From Daejeonella sp. (lineage in GTDB: Bacteria > Bacteroidota > Bacteroidia > Sphingobacteriales > Sphingobacteriaceae), in NCBI RefSeq assembly GCF_037719425.1, contig NZ_JBBJNI010000003.1, forward strand, positions 563 to 64,562: a DNA stretch of 64,000 nucleotides, written 5' to 3'. Both the position numbers and the translations under genes were made by a program. Shown piece after piece: positions 49,148 through 58,195 of the stretch (positions are counted from its first letter, which is position 1; each line of letters begins with the position of its first letter). The notes beneath the pieces are model-generated. The model did not search any database, had not been told where the DNA came from, and was given only the letters and a program-made list of their open reading frames with translations.

Positions 49148-50290
49148 TTATTTTGTTACGCGTCCTATGCCGAACTGATTTCCTGCTTTTGTGACTCTAT
49201 TACCAGCGAAATTGATTTCAACCATTTTCTCGCTGGCTACACTATTGTTAAATTCATCCTGCAACGTTAGAAGTGGCTTACGAGTTTTAACATCAATTAC
49301 CTCACCGCTTGAAGGATAGGCATATTTTCCATCCATGCTGAAAGTTATCCATCCTGGCATATCCTGTAAAGGTATTGTTGTAAGTTGTTGAAAAGGTTTT
49401 ACTGCACTAAAAACATGCATACGCATGTTATAGCCATCACTCACCCATACTTCTTTTTCATCGGGAGTCAGGCCGATACCGTGACTCGGATTGCCGTGCC
49501 TTCTTACCGGACCCATATTCCAGCCTTCCACAGTTATGCGGGCAATCTTTTTTCCGCTCTTTAGGTCTCCCACTTCAAAGCCAAGCAGGCTATCCACATT
49601 AACAAAAGTCAAAGTTTCTTTACCATTAATGGTAAAAGGACGAATGCCATTTCCAAAGGGGCCTACCTTTTTAACAATAGTATGGGTTTTTGTATCCGTT
49701 ATGTGTAAATATGGCGATGCTATGTCGGCCAGATAGGCATGATCTCCGGATAACCCATAAAGTGTATTATGTGCCCGGCGATGCACTTCAATTTTTTTAA
49801 TGATATTCCCAGATTCGCAATCGATCACATTCCAAAAATTTTTCTCCAGAGAAGGTAGATACATGGTCCTGCCATCTGGTGAAACCGACATTCGGTCACA
49901 CCCTCCTTCAAAGGTCTTCTCCCACAATACTTTTTCCGTAGTCAAATCTATACGTTGAAGTGATTCAAGGGTACTTACATAAATACTATTGAGCGCCACA
50001 CTTACTGCAAGCCCTTTAACATTAGACGGCCCTCCATCTTTGCTAAACCCTTGACTGATAATACGTTTTACGAAACGATGATTATTATCTATATCAAAAA
50101 CAAGTATGCCATGACCGCCATATCCAAGGTAATTTCGAATTCCTGGTACTGCCACATACAGGTATCTTCCTGATGCAGGCGTATTAATTTCTGTAGTAAG
50201 AGTTCGGTCAGATAAGGGTATCCATGCCGTTGTCGATATTATGAACAGCCCACATAATATTAATATAAAAGTTTTAGTTTTTACTTTCAT
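49148..50290 (-). CDS. YncE-like beta-propeller exported protein
   Basis: Signal peptide; blade-like repeats SPDGRTMY, HGIGLTPDEKEVWV, FSMDGKYAY. Confidence 0.7.
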   Translation of the reverse strand: MKVKTKTFILILCGLFIISTTAWIPLSDRTLTTEINTPASGRYLYVAVPGIRNYLGYGGHGILVFDIDNNHRFVKRIISQGFSKDGGPSNVKGLAVSVALNSIYVSTLESLQRIDLTTEKVLWEKTFEGGCDRMSVSPDGRTMYLPSLEKNFWNVIDCESGNIIKKIEVHRRAHNTLYGLSGDHAYLADIASPYLHITDTKTHTIVKKVGPFGNGIRPFTINGKETLTFVNVDSLLGFEVGDLKSGKKIARITVEGWNMGPVRRHGNPSHGIGLTPDEKEVWVSDGYNMRMHVFSAVKPFQQLTTIPLQDMPGWITFSMDGKYAYPSSGEVIDVKTRKPLLTLQDEFNNSVASEKMVEINFAGNRVTKAGNQFGIGRVTK

Positions 50291-50330
50291 GATATGATTT
50301 GTTTTTGGGAGTATGGATCAATAAACATGT

Positions 50331-50639
50331 TTATGAAAATGCCAGTTTTTGATAAAAAATATGATTGGCATGGCTATCAGTCGATTTCTTAAATTTACAT
50401 CTTTTTGTCGGCAAGCCTTTTACAGTGGTTTTCACGCAAAAAACATTCCCGCTTTCAGGATATCGTTTTAATTCCTCGTCGGTTAATTCCTGTCTCGCAG
50501 TAGTCTTCCGGCTTACCCAGTCATATTCATAGATCAACTTTCTTTCTATATCTACCCACATCAACATCTCTTTCTCAGGTAACCATAACGGGCCTTCACC
50601 TAAAATGCATTCACACTTACATAAGATAGAAGCAATCAT
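50331..50639 (-). pseudogene. SMP-30/gluconolactonase-family gene with large in-frame internal deletion
   Basis: N-terminal LGEGPLW...WVDI joined directly to C-terminal TAR..L...YPESGNVF....KGLP; 102 aa versus roughly 290 aa typical for the family; junction near 50500. Confidence 0.8.
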
Positions 50640-51544
50640 ACTAGTTTCTTAATAAAATTCTGGTATTCGTTTAATTCATACTGCGGGCATCCCCCCTTTT
50701 TTCCTGCTATTAATGAGCCCATTGCTACTGCTTTTTTCAGGATGCTTAGAGGCTGTTCTCTTAAGAAATGATGAGCGATAAATGCTGCCAAAAATGAATC
50801 ACCACAACCTACAGTGTCACAGACTTTGGTTGCAATACCAGCAACATGATATATCCCATTTTGAGTATAATAGTTGGCTCCACGCTCTCCTTTGGTCACA
50901 ATTACTTCCTGGATATTAAATTTTTCTTTGATAAAATCAATCTGTTCCTTCTCATTTTTAAGGTCACATTCCAGCATTTCCAGTACTATTTCTATCTCAG
51001 ATTCATTCACTTTAAGTAAATCAGCTTTTCCCAGCAAGATTTCCAACAATTCCTTTTCAAAGAAAGGGGGTCTCAGATTTATATCGCAGACATTGAATTT
51101 GCCATAATCCAGAAGTTCTAACAGGCTGTTCCGTGAGATAATATTACGGGCGGCCAGACTGCCATAGATAAAATACTTGGATGCTTTTACTTTTGCTGCA
51201 GCATTGGAATTTACCTCTATAAAATCCCAGGCTACAGGAAACATAATTTCATAGGTCATTTCATTTCCAGCCGTTTTTTTTGCTAATACCCGACTTGTTG
51301 CATGAATCGGATCCGATTGCAAAAGAAGTTTATCTATTCCCCAAGTATCCATAAGGTCTTCCAACTGCATTCCTTCCGAATCTTTACCTATTCGGCTGAT
51401 CAAAACAGTGGGGACATTTAATTTGGTAAGGTGATATGCAACATTTAAAGGTGCACCCCCTGGCTGTGGCCCATCAGGTAAAATATCCCATAGAATTTCA
51501 CCAAAGCAGCATACAGGGGCAGGGCAAAAATCTGTATCCATCAT
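50636..51544 (-). CDS. PfkB-family carbohydrate kinase (fructokinase-like)
   Basis: FGEILWD, GGAPLNVA, DINLR, KVNESE, VTKGERG, DTVGCGDSFLA. Confidence 0.92.
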   Translation of the reverse strand: MMDTDFCPAPVCCFGEILWDILPDGPQPGGAPLNVAYHLTKLNVPTVLISRIGKDSEGMQLEDLMDTWGIDKLLLQSDPIHATSRVLAKKTAGNEMTYEIMFPVAWDFIEVNSNAAAKVKASKYFIYGSLAARNIISRNSLLELLDYGKFNVCDINLRPPFFEKELLEILLGKADLLKVNESEIEIVLEMLECDLKNEKEQIDFIKEKFNIQEVIVTKGERGANYYTQNGIYHVAGIATKVCDTVGCGDSFLAAFIAHHFLREQPLSILKKAVAMGSLIAGKKGGCPQYELNEYQNFIKKLV

Positions 51545-52458
51545 GAGGGAATTATTAATGAATGATCGGATTGAACCGGCCAGTATTGCAGCATCTTGCG
51601 GCGTACAAAAGCCACACTACGCTCTAACTGATCCATCCCGTCTACCCCGTCTTCAATACTTATCCATCCATCAAAGCCCGCTCTTTTTAACTCAGAAAAA
51701 ATGGTATCATAGTCATTTAGTCCTTTACCAATTTCTCCATGACTTAGCATCTTAGCATATCCTGCAGCACCATTTTCCGCTTTGCGTAAATCTTCAATGG
51801 TCCCTTCTTTAAGATATCGATCGCTGGCATGCATAGTAACCACACGATGGGATACGCGTTTGAGAAGCTCAAGAGGGTCTTCTCCAGCTAAAAAAGTATT
51901 GCTGGGATCATAGTTAACTCCAAAAAAAGGATGATCCAAACTTTCGACAAGCTTACAGAATACATCCATCTTCTGGGCGAATTCGGGGTATTCCCAGAAA
52001 TCATCTTTGTAATGATTTTCAAGGGTAAGTGTAATTTTCCGTTCCTGAGCATACGGCAGACAGGCAGCGATACAATCGGCTGCTAATTTCACACCCTCTT
52101 CCATTGAGAGCCCGGGACGTCTCTGACCGGACAATACCCTGCAATAAGAACCCCCCAGTACAGAAGTCATATCAATCCATCTCTTTTGCTTTTCTATTTC
52201 TCGTTGTCGAAATGCCGAATCCGGATGCGTAAAATCGGGAGAACAACACATCATGGGGATAACTTTTCCGTGATCTTCAACCTGACGACGAAATTTAAGC
52301 CAGTTTCTTTCATCACTCATCTCCAAAAAGCCTGCATACCATTCCAATCCATCAATATCAAGCTCAGCAGCGAGCTCAATCCATTCAGACAGACTCATAC
52401 TTCCATCTTTACAAAGAGCATGCATGAATGCTTTGGGAAATGCTGCTAACCTGGGCAT
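51541..52458 (-). CDS. Sugar-phosphate isomerase/epimerase (xylose-isomerase-like TIM barrel, AP endonuclease family 2)
   Basis: DGLE, LENH, NYDPSN, MHASD, IG.G, GWISIED. Start moved to ATG 52458 (MPRLAAFPK) to remove the overlap with the SDR gene. Confidence 0.87.
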   Translation of the reverse strand: MPRLAAFPKAFMHALCKDGSMSLSEWIELAAELDIDGLEWYAGFLEMSDERNWLKFRRQVEDHGKVIPMMCCSPDFTHPDSAFRQREIEKQKRWIDMTSVLGGSYCRVLSGQRRPGLSMEEGVKLAADCIAACLPYAQERKITLTLENHYKDDFWEYPEFAQKMDVFCKLVESLDHPFFGVNYDPSNTFLAGEDPLELLKRVSHRVVTMHASDRYLKEGTIEDLRKAENGAAGYAKMLSHGEIGKGLNDYDTIFSELKRAGFDGWISIEDGVDGMDQLERSVAFVRRKMLQYWPVQSDHSLIIPS

Positions 52459-52468
52459 AATTAACTTA

Positions 52469-53269
52469 TTATTTGGATATTTTAATAGTTGATGGGTCTT
52501 TTGGGGGATTACGTCCGATAAAAGGATGTTGTTCAAGATCTACTACCTGGCCACTTATAGGGCCACTTTCGTCAGCCAGCCAATAAACAGCAGCTGCGGC
52601 AATTTCAGACGGCCATAAAATTCGGCCAGCAGGTGCATAGACTGAAGGCAGATCTTCATACCAATTTTCAGCTAAACCATGCTCTTTTTTTCTTTGCATT
52701 TCTGTTTCTGTCAGTACCCAGCCAGGATTTATTTGATTTACCCGAACCATATTCTCCCGGTGTAATGTATCACCCAGATTTCTTGTCATCGTCATTAAGG
52801 CGCCTTTAGAAATACTGTATGCAAAAAGATTAGGCTCCCCGCTCCATGCATTTACTGATCCGATATTTAATATACAGCCACGCTGCTTCTCTAAATGAGG
52901 CAATGCAGCTTTTATTAATTCAAATGGAGCTATAATATTTACCTCTAAAATTCTTTGTAAAAAAGCCTTATCGGTTGTATGAATGTTAGAAGAGGAAACA
53001 ATTGCAGCATTATTAACAACGGCATCAAGTTTTCCAAACGACTGAACTGCAAGATCAACCAAACGCCCTGGAGCACCCTCCTGGCTAATATCTTCAATGT
53101 GAAGCCGTGCTTTATCTTTTCCTAATTCCTTAATTACTGATTTTCCCCAGTCTTCTTCCAAACCGTGAATAAGCACCCTGGCGCCTTCCGCTACGCAACG
53201 TACTGCAATTGCTTTACCGATTCCGGTTGTACTTCCTGTAATAATGATTACTTTATCCCGCAAGCGCAT
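52469..53269 (-). CDS. SDR-family oxidoreductase
   Basis: TGSTTGIG, NNA, NIGS, YSISK, PGWV.T. Confidence 0.93.
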   Translation of the reverse strand: MRLRDKVIIITGSTTGIGKAIAVRCVAEGARVLIHGLEEDWGKSVIKELGKDKARLHIEDISQEGAPGRLVDLAVQSFGKLDAVVNNAAIVSSSNIHTTDKAFLQRILEVNIIAPFELIKAALPHLEKQRGCILNIGSVNAWSGEPNLFAYSISKGALMTMTRNLGDTLHRENMVRVNQINPGWVLTETEMQRKKEHGLAENWYEDLPSVYAPAGRILWPSEIAAAAVYWLADESGPISGQVVDLEQHPFIGRNPPKDPSTIKISK

Positions 53270-53352
53270 ACTGATCAGTTAAATAGTTTTGGGTAATACC
53301 GACAATCGGGTATTAGTATTACGCAAAAGCAAATTTGTTGTAATGGCTGAAA

Positions 53353-53994
53353 TTAATTAGGCAATGGCTTCACCATGATGTCTTTATAATATACGACACT
53401 TTTAGGATCATGTCCTTGCAAGGCAAATGTACCGTCAGAGATGGCACGGCCACCAACATGCTCCCGGCCTACATTTTCAGGTTCCGTATATTCCACCACC
53501 GTTTTGCCATTAATTTTGATGGTAACATTCTTGCCCTGAACCATGATATACTCTTCGTACCATTCGTTATCTTTCACATAAACTTCCTTTACATCTTGAA
53601 TAGCATATAAACTGCCTGTTCTGCGCCAGTCGGTATGTGAGTTATTCACCTGAACTTCATAACCTTTGGAAGGAAACCCGATTTGCTGAAAGGCGGTATG
53701 GAAATATATACCTGAATTGGCACCCGGCTTGGTCATTACCTGCGCCTTAAATTCAAAATTTTTGAAATTGTGATTCATAACAATGCCATCATAAAACAAA
53801 TGCGACCTAGATCCTGCTACCATGATGGTGCCATTTTCGACTTTAAATGTACCCGGATTTTCATTTTTTTTCCATCCGTTAAGCGTTTTGCCATCAAACA
53901 GGCTGATCCATCCGTCTCTGTCCTTTTTATGATTTAAACTGGAACATGACAATAAGAGAAGAGGAATGGCCAACAATGCGATTAGTTTTCTCAT
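53353..53994 (-). CDS. DUF1080 (3-keto-disaccharide hydrolase family) lipoprotein
   Basis: Lipobox LLSC; WISLFDGKTLNGW, FKNFEF, NSGIYF, GYEVQ, TGSLY, ALQGH. Confidence 0.9.
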   Translation of the reverse strand: MRKLIALLAIPLLLLSCSSLNHKKDRDGWISLFDGKTLNGWKKNENPGTFKVENGTIMVAGSRSHLFYDGIVMNHNFKNFEFKAQVMTKPGANSGIYFHTAFQQIGFPSKGYEVQVNNSHTDWRRTGSLYAIQDVKEVYVKDNEWYEEYIMVQGKNVTIKINGKTVVEYTEPENVGREHVGGRAISDGTFALQGHDPKSVVYYKDIMVKPLPN

Positions 53995-54025
53995 GAGTTT
54001 TTTAGATTAATATGTACAATTTATT

Positions 54026-55060
54026 TTATGGCTTAAGTATACTTTTTACCACTTCTCCCCGATGCATTTTTTCAAATGCTTCCTGCCATTGTGAAATTGG
54101 CCAGACTCCTCCAATAATCGGTTTCACGTTAAGAATGCCACTGGCTAAGAGGGCGATTACTTTCTCCCATACAGGCCAGTTATGGCTGAAGCTCCCTTGC
54201 AGAGTGATGTTTTTCTGAACCAATGGATCTAGAGAAAACCCCAGTGGTTGCGGGCCCCATCCCACTTTTGTAATTTGGCCATTAGGACGTACAAGATCCA
54301 TGGCTATTTTAAGGGTCATACTGGAGCCTGCGGCATCAATAACGAAATCAGCCCCTAATCTATCCGTACGCTTGGACCAATCTGTTGCATCACCAATAAT
54401 TACTTCACATCCATATTTTTTAGCAATTTCGAGTCTATTTCGATCTCCTTCCAGTCCTACAACTGCAACTTCAGCCCCACATAATTTTGCCATTGCTGCG
54501 CAAAGAATACCTATAGTACCGGGACCGAGAACTATCACTCGATCCCCGGGCTTAATCCTGGAATTGCCTACTACTGCATTATAAGCAACACAGCAGGGTT
54601 CTGTTAGGCATGCTTCTTGAAATGGCAGATGATCAGGTATCCGGTGAAGACATCTGGCCGGAACCTTTACAAACCTGGTCATGGCTCCGTTCACACCATA
54701 ACCAAAACCTTTTCTGTCTGGATCCAGGTTATACAATCCTGTTCGGGATAAGGTACTCTCTGGATTGATAACCGCTGCTGTTTCACTAACCACTCTATCG
54801 CCGATCTTCCAATTTGTTACCCGTTTACCCAGTTCCACAATGTGTCCCCCAAATTCATGTCCAAGAACGACAGGATAATTTACCCGCCAGCTATGGTCGG
54901 CAGTCCACTGATGTAAATCACTTCCGCAAACCCCGACGTTCACCACTTCAAGCAACACATCTTCTTCACCTATCTCGGGTTTGGATATTTCTCTGATTTC
55001 TACAGAACCTTTTTCAGAGGAATAATTAATAACTGCCTCAGATTTAACGCCTGTTGCCAT
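54026..55060 (-). CDS. Zinc-binding (MDR) sugar/polyol dehydrogenase
   Basis: GVCGSDLH, LGHEFGG, EP, GPGTIG; the structural-zinc cysteine cluster is absent. Confidence 0.9.
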   Translation of the reverse strand: MATGVKSEAVINYSSEKGSVEIREISKPEIGEEDVLLEVVNVGVCGSDLHQWTADHSWRVNYPVVLGHEFGGHIVELGKRVTNWKIGDRVVSETAAVINPESTLSRTGLYNLDPDRKGFGYGVNGAMTRFVKVPARCLHRIPDHLPFQEACLTEPCCVAYNAVVGNSRIKPGDRVIVLGPGTIGILCAAMAKLCGAEVAVVGLEGDRNRLEIAKKYGCEVIIGDATDWSKRTDRLGADFVIDAAGSSMTLKIAMDLVRPNGQITKVGWGPQPLGFSLDPLVQKNITLQGSFSHNWPVWEKVIALLASGILNVKPIIGGVWPISQWQEAFEKMHRGEVVKSILKP

Positions 55061-55083
55061 TTTGGTTAGAATTATAATTAGTT

Positions 55084-55800
55084 TTAAATAGTACGGATTT
55101 GATTAAAATTGACATCGCCATGGGCATGTATTTTAGCACATATCAAACGAAGAGATTCTTCCAGGTTACCATCGGCAGTCTTAAATGCCTCGGCATCTAT
55201 AGTTAATGGCGCTCCCAAAACCACTAATGGAGCACCATACTCAGGGCACATAATAGCCTGTTCCAATGTTAATCCGCCTACCGCCTGAACAGGAACATTT
55301 ACAGCCCTTACCACTTCACGAAGCTGATCCATAGGACTGGGCATACGTTGCCCCCGGGCAGCTATACCTCTCCGCTCATCGTAACCAATATGATGGATAA
55401 CATAATCGCAACCTAAGTCTTCGAGCCATCTCGCTGATTCAATCATATCCGGACAACCAAGATTGTCGCCCATTACCTTAATGCCAAAGTCATGACCCGC
55501 TTTAACCACGCACTTAATAGTTTCTTCATGCGCCCGTGCCATTACCACCACATGAGTAGCCCCGGCTCTGGCCATCATCTCAGCTTCAAGATAACCACCA
55601 TCCATCGTTTTAAGATCCGCCACGACAGGGGTATTTGGAAAGGCTTTACGCAATTGCTTCACGCCATGCAAACCTTCTGCGAGGATTAGCGGTGTTCCTG
55701 CTTCGAGCCAGTCTACACCAGCCCGCATGGCCATTGCGGCAGTTTCGAGCGCCTCGTCAATATTGGTGAGATCCAGTGAAATTTGAACTATGGGTAACAT
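55084..55800 (-). CDS. OMP-decarboxylase/HUMPS-superfamily enzyme, 3-hexulose-6-phosphate synthase-like
   Basis: QISLD, EAGTPLI..EG, ADLKTMDGG.LE, HIGYD, AVGG. Confidence 0.85.
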   Translation of the reverse strand: MLPIVQISLDLTNIDEALETAAMAMRAGVDWLEAGTPLILAEGLHGVKQLRKAFPNTPVVADLKTMDGGYLEAEMMARAGATHVVVMARAHEETIKCVVKAGHDFGIKVMGDNLGCPDMIESARWLEDLGCDYVIHHIGYDERRGIAARGQRMPSPMDQLREVVRAVNVPVQAVGGLTLEQAIMCPEYGAPLVVLGAPLTIDAEAFKTADGNLEESLRLICAKIHAHGDVNFNQIRTI

Positions 55801-56184
55801 GTGATTTTTATCGGGTTAAATAGTCTGAGCAAAAAAGAAGCGGATCAATAGCAAAACGTATTAAGTTTTTCAAATTCAAGACTCTCTTCTGTCCAATCCT
55901 GATACTCAGTATTTCTCATGCTTAACTCCCTTATAATAAAAGCTTCGTGAGACTGTCCCCATGATGATCAAAAATTTTACAAAATACCTGCTCATCACCT
56001 TCGGAAACCAAACGTTTCAGATCCAATTAATTGGTAAGCCTGTAAATTTCACAAAGAATGACATCAATGCGATATAACTAATATATACAGATTAAAATAA
56101 TTTTCAAAAAACATCTAAATTATATTGCAAACGTGAAAGCAGAAATTAGTCACGGGAAATCTTCTTAAAATTAAATAAAAACTG

Positions 56185-56192
56185 TACCTTTG
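56185..56192 (+). promoter_or_regulatory. Bacteroidota sigma-A -7 element (TACCTTTG)
   Basis: Exact TAnnTTTG match ~40 bp upstream of the helicase ATG. Confidence 0.65.
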
Positions 56193-56233
56193 CGGCGCTT
56201 TCAGCAATAAGGCTGTTTGCTTTAAATATTATC

Positions 56234-58120
56234 ATGAACCCATTTAGTACCTTGGGTATCCGTCATGATATTGTTAATGCCATAACTGAACTGGGATTCG
56301 AAAATCCCACACCAATCCAGGAGCAATCTATCCCGGTATTACTTTCAGGCAGCAACGATTTTGTCGGATTAGCTCAAACAGGAACCGGTAAAACGGCTGC
56401 CTTTGGCCTCCCTCTATTAGAACTATTAGATTTCGAGGAAAATTACCCGCAGGCATTAATTCTTTGCCCAACTCGTGAACTTTGTTTACAGATCACCAGC
56501 GACGTGAAGAATTATGCCAAAAACATGAAGAACGTTAACGTTGTTGCGGTTTATGGCGGTGCAAATATTTCAGATCAGTTACGCCAGATCAAACGCGGCG
56601 TACAGATCGTAGTGGCCACTCCGGGCCGGATGCTTGACATCATTAACAGGAAAGCGATCGACTTCACACAGGTACAATTCGTTGTCCTTGATGAAGCTGA
56701 TGAAATGCTGAACATGGGCTTCCAGGAAGACATCGACAGTATTTTATCTACAACCCCTGACGATAAAAAAACATGGCTTTTCTCAGCGACTATGCCAACA
56801 GAAGTTCGTCGTATTGCAAAAAAATACATGACAGATCCGTTCGAACTGACCATGGGTACCAAAAATACCGGAAACGTCAATATCGAACATGAATATTATA
56901 TTGTAAAAGCGCGCGATAAATATGCTGCGTTTAAGCGCATTGTAGATTTCAATCCTGAGATTTTCGGTATTGTGTTCTGTCGCACAAAAATTGAAACACA
57001 GGAAATAGCTGAATCCTTAATGAAGGATGGCTATAACGCAGATGCACTTCATGGCGATCTGTCGCAGCAGCAACGTGATAAGGTGATGAAGCGTTACCGC
57101 GATCGGAGCCTTCAATTACTGATCGCTACTGACGTTGCAGCCCGTGGAATTGACGTTAACGACGTTACACACGTAATCAATTATTCGCTTCCTGATGAAA
57201 TCGAAAATTATACTCACCGTAGTGGTCGTACCGGTCGTGCCGGTAAAACTGGCATTTCGATAGCAATTATCAATTCTAAGGAATTAGGAAAGATCCGTCA
57301 CATTGAACGTGCACTTGGAAAACAGTTTACTAAAGCTGAAATTCCAAGCGGTTTTGATGTTTGCGAAAAGCAATTATTTGCTTTGATCCATAAAGTTCAC
57401 AACGTTGAAGTGAATGAAGCTCAGATAGAGCAATACATTCCTCGTATTATGGACGAGTTTAAAGATCTTGATAAAGAACAGATCATCAAAAGATTTGCTT
57501 CTCTTGAGTTCAATAGTTTCCTTGAATATTATTCCAAAGCTCCGGATCTTAATATTTCGGGTGACGACCGCGGATTCGAACGTGAGCGTGGAGAACGCGG
57601 CGACCGTCCGGATCGAGGCACGAGATCAAGTGCTGGTTATACCCGTTTATTTATGAACCTCGGTTCAGTGGATGATTTCACACGTGGCGACATGCTTGGA
57701 TTTATTTGCAACAACACGAAAATCAGCGGAAAAAGCGTTGGGAAAATTGACCTCAAGGGTGTCTTTACCTTCTTCGAAGTTGAAGATTCTGAAGTAAATA
57801 AAGTTATTGAAGGATTCAAAACTGTTGATTTTCAGGGAAGAAGCGTGCGCATAGAAATGGCAGGCGATCGTGACCCAGGAAGCGAGCGGAGTGGTTCTGG
57901 CGGTGGATATCGTGGCAATTCGCCTCGTCGTGAAGGCGGTGGAGGCGGTTATCGCGGTGGAAACAGCGGTGGTGGCGGAAACAGCGGTGGTGGCGGACGT
58001 CGTGAAGGCGGAAGCGGTGGCGGCTTCCGTGATTTCTCAGGGAAACGCCGTGAAGACCGGGGTGGAAGCAGTTCTGGCGGTGGTCGTCGTGAAGGCGGAG
58101 ACAGACGCAGACGCATCTAG
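56234..58120 (+). CDS. deaD: DEAD-box RNA helicase (DeaD/CsdA type) with DbpA-like RNA-binding domain and Gly/Arg-rich tail
   Basis: Q motif PTPIQ, AQTGTGKT, PTREL, TPGR, DEAD, SAT, ARGID, HRSGRTGRAG. Confidence 0.93.
   Translation: MNPFSTLGIRHDIVNAITELGFENPTPIQEQSIPVLLSGSNDFVGLAQTGTGKTAAFGLPLLELLDFEENYPQALILCPTRELCLQITSDVKNYAKNMKNVNVVAVYGGANISDQLRQIKRGVQIVVATPGRMLDIINRKAIDFTQVQFVVLDEADEMLNMGFQEDIDSILSTTPDDKKTWLFSATMPTEVRRIAKKYMTDPFELTMGTKNTGNVNIEHEYYIVKARDKYAAFKRIVDFNPEIFGIVFCRTKIETQEIAESLMKDGYNADALHGDLSQQQRDKVMKRYRDRSLQLLIATDVAARGIDVNDVTHVINYSLPDEIENYTHRSGRTGRAGKTGISIAIINSKELGKIRHIERALGKQFTKAEIPSGFDVCEKQLFALIHKVHNVEVNEAQIEQYIPRIMDEFKDLDKEQIIKRFASLEFNSFLEYYSKAPDLNISGDDRGFERERGERGDRPDRGTRSSAGYTRLFMNLGSVDDFTRGDMLGFICNNTKISGKSVGKIDLKGVFTFFEVEDSEVNKVIEGFKTVDFQGRSVRIEMAGDRDPGSERSGSGGGYRGNSPRREGGGGGYRGGNSGGGGNSGGGGRREGGSGGGFRDFSGKRREDRGGSSSGGGRREGGDRRRRI
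57959..57994 (+). repeat. 18-bp tandem repeat x2 (GGAAACAGCGGTGGTGGC) encoding GNSGGG
   Basis: Exact copies at 57959-57976 and 57977-57994 in the helicase tail. Confidence 0.85.
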
Positions 58121-58141
58121 ACAAAGTATATTCCTAAGAAG

Positions 58142-58172
58142 AGAGGCTGTCGTAAATGGATAGCCTCTTTTC
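58142..58172 (+). terminator. Intrinsic terminator after the helicase, possibly bidirectional
   Basis: AGAGGCTGTC / loop GTAAATG / GATAGCCTCT, then a T-run; lies between convergent genes. Confidence 0.8.
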
Positions 58173-58195
58173 GTTTCTAAGAATTAAAATGGGTA

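Noticed and set aside
53294-53315. Hairpin TAATACC...GGTATTA as a terminator
   Set aside because: Short AT-rich stem without a U-tail on the coding strand.
55084-55800. Methylotrophy / RuMP formaldehyde fixation
   Set aside because: No hexulose-phosphate isomerase or C1 genes are in the window, and the neighbours are sugar-catabolic. Not excluded genome-wide.
56007-56020. Additional operator ACCAAACGTTTCAG upstream of the HPS-like operon
   Set aside because: Only the AACGTT core matches; the outer CG/TG ends and the tandem partner are missing.
57816-58163. His/Arg-rich and Val/Ala-rich ORFs at the helicase 3' end
   Set aside because: These are alternative-frame and antisense shadows of the Gly/Arg-rich repetitive tail.
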